Of a stretch of DNA of 64,000 nt, positions 47,928 to 58,139 are shown piece after piece; within the stretch, counting starts at the first letter, position 1, and the number at the start of each line of letters is the position of its first letter. Position numbers and translations under genes: made by a program. Source of the DNA: Paramoeba atlantica (lineage: Eukaryota > Protista > Discosea); contig CDRNVI010000054.1 of assembly GCA_977017575.1 (NCBI GenBank), positions 496,001-560,000 of the forward strand. Direction: 5' to 3'. The notes below the pieces were generated by a model. That model was not told the DNA's origin. It made no database searches and worked only from the letters and a program-made list of their open reading frames with translations.

Positions 47928-48893
47928 ATGAAGCATCTGAAAACTGAGCTTCGTTGTCTCATTGCAGCTGACGATGGGTCAGACCTTCGACGCGGAAAAG
48001 TAAGTCGTGAGTTAATACCTCAGGAAAATGAACTTGAAGAGTTCTTGAGAGGAGCAACAGTTCGTGACCATACATGGATCACACACAAACGGCGATTTTT
48101 TAGCGGATTTAAAAAGGTGTCCCCCTGTACATGGAGAGGCATTACCTGTGATAAAGAGCAGAATATTATCAGCATTATTGGCCACGCGAATAGTCCCATT
48201 CTTGAAGGTAATTTAAGTTGGAGTCACCTCCCCCGCAAACTAACCACATTGGTGTTACTTACTTACTTACAATTACAAGGGGACTTGCCTCTCGATCACC
48301 TCCCTCATTGCCTAAATCGGTTTCAAATATTTCAAACTCGTTTATCCGGGACGGTAAGTTTCATTCATCTTCCGCTTACGCTCAAAAACTTCAAGCTCAA
48401 TCACAGCAAGTTTTTTGGGGAGGCTGATTTGGCCACTCTACCGCACAACCTCGGATTATTGGGTTTGCGGGGTAACAAATTTACAGGATCTGTTCAACTT
48501 ACGGCGTTACCCCCGGGATTACGAACGCTCGACTTGGCCTTAAACCAGTTTACTGGACTGCTGGACTTAGGTGCGTTGCCCCAGAATTTAGTCTATTTAA
48601 ACCTTGCTTCGAATAACATGGAAGGCCCAGTAGTATTCCCCACAGCGCTTCCTGCTTCTATGGAGTACATTGGGCTTTTCGGTAATTCGTTTTCTGGGTA
48701 TCTTGACTTATCCCCAATACTTGGACACAAAATTTTAGCAAGATACTTTGATAGAGGTCATTATGGGATTAACTTAGATGAGAACGAAGTGACTGATTGG
48801 GGTCCTAAAAGCGAACGTCCTGGTTTGCCGAATGGTCTGTGGCTAGGAGCGAAGATTAATTTTGCCAAGTATCGTATACAGAGGTCGAAATAG
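47928..48893 (+). CDS. LRR protein (long type)
   Basis: ATG 47928; RRGKV, SPCTWRGITC, about 8 LRRs. Confidence 0.87.
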   Translation: MKHLKTELRCLIAADDGSDLRRGKVSRELIPQENELEEFLRGATVRDHTWITHKRRFFSGFKKVSPCTWRGITCDKEQNIISIIGHANSPILEGNLSWSHLPRKLTTLVLLTYLQLQGDLPLDHLPHCLNRFQIFQTRLSGTVSFIHLPLTLKNFKLNHSKFFGEADLATLPHNLGLLGLRGNKFTGSVQLTALPPGLRTLDLALNQFTGLLDLGALPQNLVYLNLASNNMEGPVVFPTALPASMEYIGLFGNSFSGYLDLSPILGHKILARYFDRGHYGINLDENEVTDWGPKSERPGLPNGLWLGAKINFAKYRIQRSK

Positions 48894-49029
48894 ATTTATT
48901 TGTCCAGGGGGTTTAGTTTTTGGAATGAGAACCGCATGACTTTATGGGGTAATAAAAACAAAGGCAGTTCGGGTTCTATTGCTTTTTTGTAGATATCGAG
49001 GTTGTACATAGTGGATAAGTAATGTGCCC

Positions 49030-49560
49030 CCCTACTTCATTGTCTTAACCCTAACTCCCCTGCTTATTTGTCCTTTTTGACGACGACCTGACCAGGAAGC
49101 GCCACGAAGCGGTGCCCGATTTCGTTTTTCGTAGGGAGACTCAATGTTTGTCGTACGAATGGCATATTCTGACCAAAACATCATAGCCCAACATTCAATT
49201 TCAAGAAATCGAATGATCCTACCCGATATGCCCTTCGCTTCACTTTCTTGGCGTTCTCGAATTTTCTTAAAATACAGCGTTTCGAACACCTGGAAGACCC
49301 CGTAGGGGAGCAGAGTTCTGAATCTCGCGTCTTGGCAGAGCCAACTTGCCTCATCTTCGGTAGAGGAGGTGAACCTGTAAGCCACGGATGGCGCTCTAAT
49401 GTTTCCATGATCGCTGTACCCTAGCGTGGAGAATGTTGATATGGTATCGATTTGCTGCAGAGTTTGTAGATGCGCTTCCCCCAACCATCGAATCAACAAT
49501 TCGATCGCATTCGTCGATAGATTTTTCCTTATTCTCTGCATTAACCACCATTGTAGTTGT
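49030..49560 (-). mobile_element. Relic related to the 23.8-kb element
   Basis: AKGISGRIIRFLEIE matches AKGLSGRVIRFPELE at 23808-24212. Confidence 0.4.
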
Positions 49561-50296
49561 ATTGTAGAAAAGATAAACTATACTGTCACCCCCCTTTAAT
49601 ACGCACACGTTTTTGAGGTTTCTGCATATTAAGGGGGGAAGGCATAAGAAGGGGAAGAACCCCCTTCCAGTAAATAAATCTGCTGCCTCTTCGGAGAATT
49701 CAAATTCGGAAGTGTCATCGATTTTGCCAGGCACTATTGGAATTTGTTTGATGACTTGGATTTTTGTGTACAGCACCCCATACTTCGGCAACGGGATATC
49801 ACCTTTCTCGTAGGACACTATAATAGTGTCCTAATTTAATAGCCTATTAAATTAGGATTGCCCTCATGACCATTACTTGCTTTTGGACTGCGTCGCCACA
49901 CCTGCAAGAAAAGCTGTAACTGTTTCCTTTGGATTGTTATCCACGACTTTGGGCTGCGGGCAACCAATAGGAGGAATAGTGTAGCCTTGAACTTCTCCAT
50001 TGACAAACATCGCAGTTTCCTCACCGAAGAAAGCGAAGCGATTACACGCTGAGATATTCGAAAATCTGCTTCACTGATCGCGAGGTACTGCATTCGACCC
50101 CATCTCCGCCACACACATCCATAGTGTTTTTTTTGAAGCGTTGATAGGTGTCTCCTAAAGTAGATATAAGTTTAGAAGATCATCTTGTTTTATGTCGGAT
50201 CAAATCGAGCACCATCGACTTCGTCAGTGGGCACGACAATGCAGAGGCTTGCTCACAATCACAAGATCACAAATCACAGGATCTTAATGCGCCTAA

Positions 50297-50386
50297 AACA
50301 TACTGCTCTGTGAGAGCTCTCCGGTGCGGCACTATTTTGCAAACTTGGACAACTTTTAGACCCACACATTTAGACCCACACCCCTG
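50297..50386. repeat. Tc1-like terminal repeat
   Basis: CTCTGTGAGAGCTCTCC..TTGGACAACTTTTAGACCC..CACCCCTG. Confidence 0.55.
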
Positions 50387-50798
50387 CATGTCTCTTTGCG
50401 TTTTCAAAAAAATCTTAGCAACATTCGTCCTTGGGCGAATAATTTTCCTTCTTTGCGGCAAGTTTGCGGGTTCAGAGGTAGGTTTCAGAGGAAATATTAT
50501 TCCGACTATAACATATTCAATACGTTAGTATAGTCGTTTCCTAGAACCGATGATTTACTTCGTTTAGCCAAATAGACACACTTGTAACTTTCTTGAAAAG
50601 GACAAACTTGTATTACCAAAAGACCTAGACAGATTGCAAAGACTCAAACTTTAATATGTAGATAGAGAAAATGAACTTGTCTGCTTTTTAATCGATCGAA
50701 TGGAAGTTTTTAAATGATGACTTGTTATGACCATATCATTCGTACAATACACGTAAGGAATTATCTGTCAACATTCACAAATTTTCAGCTCCTTCGAA

Positions 50799-51575
50799 AT
50801 GAACACAACAACCCAATCTCGAGTTGGCAAAGTAAGCAAAGCGAGCTTCCCCCATGAATATCATTTAAGCCGATTAGTCGAAAAAGTTGAAAATCGGTTA
50901 TCTAGCTGGGCTGAGTCCAATCAGGCACGCTACTGGAGTGGCATTGGATCTGTGCCTCCTAATAAAGTCAACTCAATTCGTTGGGATCACCGCGATCTAC
51001 GCGGCACCTTAAACTGGGCATTTCTTCCTCCTACGACCACTCAATTCGATGTAACGAATAATGCGCTCTCTGGTACGGTCTCGTTTGAACAAATTCCCTC
51101 TACGCTTCAGTCACTGAATCTGAGTGAAAATAAATTTTCAGGTGTCCTCATGTTTGAGCACCTTCCTCCTGGGCTTGTGACGTTAGACCTGCGAGAGAAT
51201 AAGTTTGAAGGTGAAATAGAGATGAGCACATTGCCACGTAGTTTGTGTCAACTAATTTTGACGAGGAATTACTTTATCGGTCCTGTCGATTTGGCATCCA
51301 TGCCGCGTGGAATGCTTGATCTTCTCTTAAATAGCAACGCTTTCTTGGGTACGCCTGATTTGGGAAACCTTCCTACAAATCTGCGTCACCTTCGACTTGA
51401 TGAAAATCAGTTTTCTGGCGTGCTCCAATTTAACTTCCTCCCTCCGTCGTTGCGTATACTAACGCTACAATACAACCATGACCTCGGAGGAACCATTGAA
51501 AAGGGTAACATGGCTGCAATTCCAACCCAGTTCGTGTACGACAATACAAAAATTGTTTGCAAGTCGTATTTTTAG
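50799..51575 (+). CDS. LRR protein
   Basis: 258 aa; RVGKV leader and about 7 LRRs; the Cys cap is absent. Confidence 0.87.
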   Translation: MNTTTQSRVGKVSKASFPHEYHLSRLVEKVENRLSSWAESNQARYWSGIGSVPPNKVNSIRWDHRDLRGTLNWAFLPPTTTQFDVTNNALSGTVSFEQIPSTLQSLNLSENKFSGVLMFEHLPPGLVTLDLRENKFEGEIEMSTLPRSLCQLILTRNYFIGPVDLASMPRGMLDLLLNSNAFLGTPDLGNLPTNLRHLRLDENQFSGVLQFNFLPPSLRILTLQYNHDLGGTIEKGNMAAIPTQFVYDNTKIVCKSYF

Positions 51576-52448
51576 ACTACAATGAAAGCTGTACTGTAAG
51601 ATACGATTAAACCATTCCAAAAAAGGTCAATTTTTCGGTCTAAAGGGACTTTTTTCCCCAAAAAACTTTTAGCTTCGTACTTCACTTAATAAAATATACC
51701 AAACAAGAAAATGTATTAGCTCTATCTTGGTTCTGAGCCTGGACAATAATTTCGAATTCCTTAAACAGCGGATTACAAGAACTCTTTAATTCACATCGTA
51801 CGGTACAGGCTTCTATCATCACGTCATCCAAGGTTCCCAACTACAAAAAGTGATACTGTCATACATTTTACAGCCTGTGCAAAGAAAAAACATAGAGAGG
51901 AGTCGTGTACGTAACAAAAATACGATGCTTAATCACTCGTTTGGATAATACTGAAATTTTGTTTGAGAAACCACCGAGAAAAAAATTCAAGTTTTTTTCT
52001 GGGGAAAAAAGTCCCCTTTCACCAATTTTTCTTCAAAGGTCAATATTCCCCCCCACCCCCCCTTCCAGGAAGAGAGACTTGGCTATTTTGATCCAAAACC
52101 TGTTCTCTTCCTATCAGGTGATCTAAATTAGTATAAAGGATCTAGACCTTTCTGTGGTATTTTATAGTATTCCACATTCCAAGATTTGTTCCTCTACCCT
52201 CGCGTCGAATTCGACTAATTCTGTTACGCGTATGATCCCCGTTTCCTCAGGTCACTTTAGAGGTTTATTTCTCCATGTACGAACAACACTGTTTCATATA
52301 TATAATATTTAGGGCGTAACTGTTTATTTACGCCCATGTTTTGTCGAAAAAAATGGTCATTTTTTGCGTCGCAATCCATCAAAGATTTCAAATTTACGTT
52401 CCTTTCGAAATTACTATTTTCCTTTTAAATAACCTCATTCTTTCCCTC

Positions 52449-53079
52449 ATGGCCCTTCGTACGAAGCGCTGACGTTTCCCAAAGTCGTCTTGGCCGCGTT
52501 AGTGCCGCCCTACCTCAGGAATACACCCTCGTTGAGTTTTTGAAAAACATTCGGTCCGAACCTGTCGCGAACTTCAACACACTTTGGACCCCTGCGTGCC
52601 AGTGGTACGAAGTCGAATGTGACGAGCACGGAATAGTGGTCGGGGTCTTCTGGTCTTGTTTTGGACACAAAGCTTTCGCCCAGGCATTCACACTCCGTGG
52701 TATTCCGCGATGGGAGCATCTCCCCGGGACGCTCATCTCCTTGCTTTTGTACAACAACGCACCTGAGGGCACGGTGCCCTTCCAAAGCCTTCCTGCAGGT
52801 TTACTCCAGCTGGAACTCTCGACGAACTGGTTTTTCGGCATACTCGATTTCTCCACCTTACCGCGGGACCTCAGGGCGGTGGGGCTCTCACATAACCAGT
52901 TTAACAAAGCGGTTCGGTTTGAGTCGCTGCCGCCAGGGTTAGAACAACTGAACCTGGGTTCGAACCCCCGATTGTGCGGCGTGTACGCCTCAAGGCATCT
53001 CCCCGCCTCGCTGGTCGGGGGTCAATTCTCCGTTGAACACACACAGATTACCCAACAAGGTCGGTGTTGTGTAATGTAG
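52449..53079 (+). pseudogene. LRR-CaaX gene with a +1 frameshift right after the ATG
   Basis: ATGGCCCTTCGTACGA: removing one C gives MAFVRSADVSQSRLGRV, in frame with ORF 52540-53079, which ends GRCCVM. Confidence 0.75.
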
Positions 53080-53995
53080 TTAAATAGCACAGTGAAATTC
53101 ACACAAATGGTTTTTCGAATCCCTGCAACGTCATCAAGGTTAATCTATCTTTACAGCTGAATGACGCAACGTAAACCCCCTCCCCGTTTAATATACGTAA
53201 AGGGGGGGTTCGTCTATTATTAACAACCATATATTATTAACAATGGTATGTGGAGTTACATGTTGAGCTTTTCCTTTCACACTGACCATGTGTTGAACCT
53301 CTTTTGCTTCCGGATTTACATCATAATTTGCTTCAAGTCTTCGTTGTTCCACAGATAATTCTGCAAACACATGGACTTTTTACTACTGGAGAACGGTAAA
53401 ATCATTTTGTCTCTCTAGCGTGGAAAATTGGGTGATTTCATTAGAACTTTTACAACCACTGCCTTTGGATTACGCTCCCTCTTCATTCATCGAATGGACA
53501 GATCCAGAGTTCGAAGGACTAGAATCTCTTTTACCCTCCCGGTGAATTCCAAGAAAAAAATCTAATCCGCATTGCACCACCAGTTGAAGATTTAACCTCG
53601 TCCAAGGAAGTATTTTTCTTATGTTTGGAAGCTAAATGCATTGAACGCCTTCTTGAATCTACTTCAATATCACGGGGCATATCACATGGCGTTGCACTGT
53701 GCTTGGAAACATTCATGGCCACTTTTAGCTAAAAGTGATCCTGTTGAAGGAGCGGGATCGGAGGATGTACTACTTTTCTGATTTTTCGAAGACAAATGCC
53801 GTGATAGCCTTCTTGAATCTACCGAAACACCGCACACGTGAAGTGTATAAAATCTCCTTTGACTAAGAAACAGCTGACACCACTTTTGGAAATAATACGT
53901 TTCAGACGTCGAGCTTTCAATCGAAGCATAATCAAAATTAAGATGTTGGTATTGAACTGAACTATTGGTATAAAACTAAACTATAAAACTAAACT

Positions 53996-54067
53996 TTCGG
54001 CGGGCGTAGTTGGCAGACAGTGGGCCTTGCAACCTGCAGGTTGGGGGTTCGATTCCCGCTGTCGACA
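53996..54067 (+). tRNA. Degenerate tRNA-like sequence (pseudogene or SINE head); identity unclear (loop CCTTGCAA)
   Basis: Acceptor TTCGGCG/TGTCGAC, A-box-like GGCGTAGTTGG, anticodon stem GTGGG/CCTGC with an 8-nt loop, T-arm GGGGG-TTCGATT-CCCGC; several mismatches. Confidence 0.5.
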
Positions 54068-54775
54068 AAACTTGCAACCTGGCGGCCTCAATACGAAGGG
54101 AAGGCGATCAGGAGTGCCTTCAAGGCCCACATCCAAACCCCGCTCCCCTGGAGGACCGACTCGGAACCGCCAAGCTGAACCAGGCTCTAGCGCAGCCGCT
54201 GAATTTTCGAGCTGCTTACGCAAAAAATGTAGCCTCGAAAACGGTCTTATAAATTTTTTCCCCAATTACAGTTGCCCGTCCTCTACGCAGTATATTTATC
54301 ATACGGAGAATCTGCAGAGCTTTATTAAAGGGAGTACCAGAAAATGTTTTCTTTATCCGCGCACACAACTCGTTTAATTCTTTTTAAGCAACGTTTGAAT
54401 TAGGGTCATGCACCCAGTTTATATCATCGCGGTGTTGAAAAATTATGAAACTTCCTAGCAGCGCGCTTTGAATCATACTTTGCCGGGCATGCCTCTAAGA
54501 GGCTGTTATTCACCTCAACAAGAGAGTTCAGGGCCCGAGCTGAGCTGTGGAACCAAAACTATGTTATTATTGATATCATACATGCCACCTACCCCCAGAT
54601 TGGATATTGATAATCTTTTGTTGGTTTATTTTTTTGATCATTTGTTTATGGATGATCATTTGGCAATTTTTCTATTTTAGTCTCTTCGTTTTATTGTAAA
54701 ATAAAGTGGATTCGCAAAAAAAACTTTCTTTTGCTTCGTTACACTTTCTTGTCTCCCCCAAGATAGTTGGGAACG

Positions 54776-55606
54776 ATGTTGAGTCCTTTTTTATGTTTCA
54801 CGATCGACCCTTCACCCGTACTTCCTAGCAAAGTCCGGGGCGCCCACCTTCCCCAGGAATACGCACTTGCGCGTCTTATACAGGACATTGAACCCCCTCA
54901 CGCCTCGTGGAGCACATCTACTCCGGCCTGTGAGTGGAAAGGTGTGTCTTGCGACAAGCAGAAACGAATTACTAAACTTCACTGGTATAGCGGTGCCACA
55001 AAACTAATATCAAGGGTAGAGATGGAACAGCGATTCCTAGGGTCCCTTCGGTGGGTTTGGATACCTGAAAGTCTTTTGTTTTGTAGTGTCGCGTACAATC
55101 GTTTGAGTGGGACTGTACCAACGGATGCGCTTCCTCCTCGCCTCACGTACTTGTTTCTGAACCAGAACAAGTTTACAGGAGAATTAGACTTGGCGCATTT
55201 GCCACAAGGACTAAAAGAACTGAACGTTTCGAACAATTTTTTTGAAGGTACACCTGACATGACTAGACTGCCTCATAGCTTGCTGCAGTTGGATATTTCT
55301 ACGAATCTTCTCTCGGGTAATGTTGAACTTAAGTTCTTACCGCAGACGATGAAAATTATCAAGTTATCGGCCAATAAATTTACAGGACCCCTTTCCTTGC
55401 AACACTTGCCGCCCTGCCTTACGGTGCTCTCCCTCGGTGAAAATGCATTTGCCGGCCCCTTGCTGCTTCGTAATCTTCCTCAGGGATTGAGCATGCTCGA
55501 TGTCTCTTGTAACACCGAACTGACGGGCCATTTCGTGCGCTCTGAGTTACCCGGGTCGCTATGGACGTTCAGTATTTGGAATACTGAAATAGAAGTAAAA
55601 TTTTAA
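54776..55606 (+). CDS. LRR protein
   Basis: ATG 54776; PSKVRG, TPACEWKGVSC, about 7 LRRs. Confidence 0.87.
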   Translation: MLSPFLCFTIDPSPVLPSKVRGAHLPQEYALARLIQDIEPPHASWSTSTPACEWKGVSCDKQKRITKLHWYSGATKLISRVEMEQRFLGSLRWVWIPESLLFCSVAYNRLSGTVPTDALPPRLTYLFLNQNKFTGELDLAHLPQGLKELNVSNNFFEGTPDMTRLPHSLLQLDISTNLLSGNVELKFLPQTMKIIKLSANKFTGPLSLQHLPPCLTVLSLGENAFAGPLLLRNLPQGLSMLDVSCNTELTGHFVRSELPGSLWTFSIWNTEIEVKF

Positions 55607-56737
55607 TAGCACCTAGATTACCGCATAGGAGAGTCGGTAAAACTGCTTTTCTGAAAGTCGGATGCGGGCTCGTGTGACCTCCAGTTACTGCCAAGATTCC
55701 GGGTACTGATGACAGTTACAGGGAAAGCCACTATTCTGAGAATTGTTAGTTGAACGTTGACACAATAATCTGTTTTGCTCATAGTTTCTGTACCTTAATA
55801 CATTTTACTGGCTCATCTTTTTTCTCCCGGAAACGGGCATACTTTTACTATTTTAATGCCCGCTTCCGGATGGCGTTAGGGAGGGAACTGTCCCTCTTGT
55901 TATAAAGTAGTGGTGCGCCTCCCTTCCATCATCTCCCACCACCCCGATCGGAACACGGTTCCGAGTCCCCATGCGCTGAGGGATCCTTCTACGGGAGCAC
56001 GCCGCCTGCCTTCCCACTAACGCGACACCGGTGCTGCGCGCATGAGGCTTTTTCCATATACCGGAAGTCTCTCACACGGCGAGTAAACACAGTATACAGT
56101 ATGTGTGTTCTAGAGGATGTTCTATGCACCTCTCTTGCTCACCAGGCGTGGCGGATTCTGTGGGACCCTGATGCCCATGATGCATCATGAACCATGACTC
56201 CATTAGCCAGAATGCATCCATGGCCCTGACTATGTTGTATCATGAACCATTGAAGTCATCAATATTTAAATATTTTATGTACATTCCATCATTCTTTGAT
56301 CATCTTTCCAGTGTTATCAACCACTACTTACCAAGAATATACCAAGAACGGATTTACTGGAAGCGTGCGTTAGTAATTCGAATGTACTTATATGTTATAT
56401 GTGAATTAAGTTATAGTGGAAACTATATTATTAGAGGAACATATGCAAAACGAAAACAATTTGGGCGGGACGTGCGACGCGAAACTTTGGATATCCCAGT
56501 CCTAAGTTATAGGATGTGTGGAGGCAGGGGGGTGAAAAGATATGCTGAGTAAATAGGGGTCCAATGTTTCGATATGGATTTGTTATGAGGGTTGAGGAAT
56601 GCACGGGTGTTATTAAATAGGTAACATTATATAGATTGAGTAAACATGTTTTCTATATACTGTTACATTACATGAGAATTACAAAAGAAATAGATTACGT
56701 ACAACGCAAGTGTATTCTTGAGTTTTTGGTTCTTTTC

Positions 56738-57355
56738 ATGTCATTCTACTCCACGGCTTCTACGCGCGCATCTGACGAAACAACTCTTTCCGGTTCTCGG
56801 ACAGGAAAGGTCAAAGGGAATGCCTTACCCTTAGAGTATGACTTGGTGAGATTCATAGACAATGTTGAAAATCAGCACAACTCGTGGAATACGCACACTC
56901 CAGCGTGTGAGTGGGAGGGTAACAATTGTGAGGAAGACGGCACCTTATGGCGTCTCTTTTGGTGTGTGCGTAAGTTACGTGGTACACCCACTTGGGAGTA
57001 TGTGCCGACAACCTTAACTCAACTCCTGATGCGTGCGAACAATCTTTCTGGTGAACTCCCGCTTGAGCTTTTTCCCTCCCCTTTGCGAGTAGTTTTGCTT
57101 AATCAAAACAATTTTAGTGGAGAGCTTAATTTTCTACACCTACCAACTTCAATTCAAGTTCTAGACTTAGACTACAACGAATTCGAAAACATTATCCATT
57201 TTTTCTCACTTCCTCAGTCACTACGTAGTGTGGGGCTAGCGAACAATCCTGAGTTACGGGGAACGTTGGATGCGGAATCGTTATCGAAGTCCATGCGCTA
57301 CAATGTTGAATCCACACGCATCATTGTAAAGAATGGTCCGATGATTCGCGAGTAA
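56738..57355 (+). CDS. LRR protein
   Basis: ATG 56738; RTGKV, TPACEWEGNNC, LRRs. Confidence 0.83.
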   Translation: MSFYSTASTRASDETTLSGSRTGKVKGNALPLEYDLVRFIDNVENQHNSWNTHTPACEWEGNNCEEDGTLWRLFWCVRKLRGTPTWEYVPTTLTQLLMRANNLSGELPLELFPSPLRVVLLNQNNFSGELNFLHLPTSIQVLDLDYNEFENIIHFFSLPQSLRSVGLANNPELRGTLDAESLSKSMRYNVESTRIIVKNGPMIRE

Positions 57356-57819
57356 TCGTAATAACATAACATCGGTTACGACGAATACTGTTTATTATAA
57401 ACAGTACAAAGCACCGGTATAAATTATACCGGTGCTTTGTTCGTTTTTTGGATATGTAGTATCTTCGATGATTTCGGTCATCGAACGGTTCATGTCATTG
57501 AACGGTTTTACAGGTGATTTCGAAAAATTAAAATTCAAACAAAAAATTGAAAATACTAACATCAAACTATTTTCTCGGCCAGTGTACCACAACTGACTTC
57601 AGAAGACTGTATCGGGAGGAGGAGGAACAAGGCAAAATGCAGAAACGTTTTTGAGGATGACGATTTCCTTGTATGAAATGCTAGGATCTGCTTCGGAAGT
57701 ACGGGAGTGAGAGGAGGCGATCCGGTAGAGTATGTTTTTGCTGGTTGCACGCATGCAACGTGAATACCGCAGCCAGTTCATCAAGCTTGCCGTGGTCCAT
57801 CGGACTATGCGGGTTCCTC

Positions 57820-58139
57820 TCCTCGATTCCAGATCACGTAGCTTCCGAAGATCGCACTTCGCATTATTTGTTGTAGACAAGATGATGTGGCTTCTTCATC
57901 CCCGTCGAATTGTGGACGAGTTGAGATGCCGTTGTGTTGGGCATTCCTCTCGCACCAATCTCAAATGCGATAGAGTGACATGGGTCATTGTCCGGGCGAT
58001 GCTTGTATAACAGTTCGTTGCGCTTACCGCTTTTACGATGATGATCCCCCATAAGGTTCTCCTCCCACGGTGCGGTAAGCTCTATAATATGCTGACAAAC
58101 ATTTCTTAGTTTAACCTAGCCGTCGGGTCGCAATAATGA
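57820..58139 (-). mobile_element. HERO family-B-like 3' RLE fragment, truncated by the TIR element
   Basis: Minus frame SLLRPDG*VKL..IIELTAPWEEN..RKSGKR..FEIGARGMP, then GSYVIWNR after a frameshift. Confidence 0.8.

Noticed and set aside
55706-55739. CTGATGA..GAAA as a hammerhead, or TGATGA..CTGA as a C/D snoRNA
   Set aside because: Stem II cannot form, and the C-to-D distance is too short.
55781-55800. SL-like TAGTTTCTGTACCTTAATA
   Set aside because: Only an 11-nt match, with no TTG|GT donor and no informative context.
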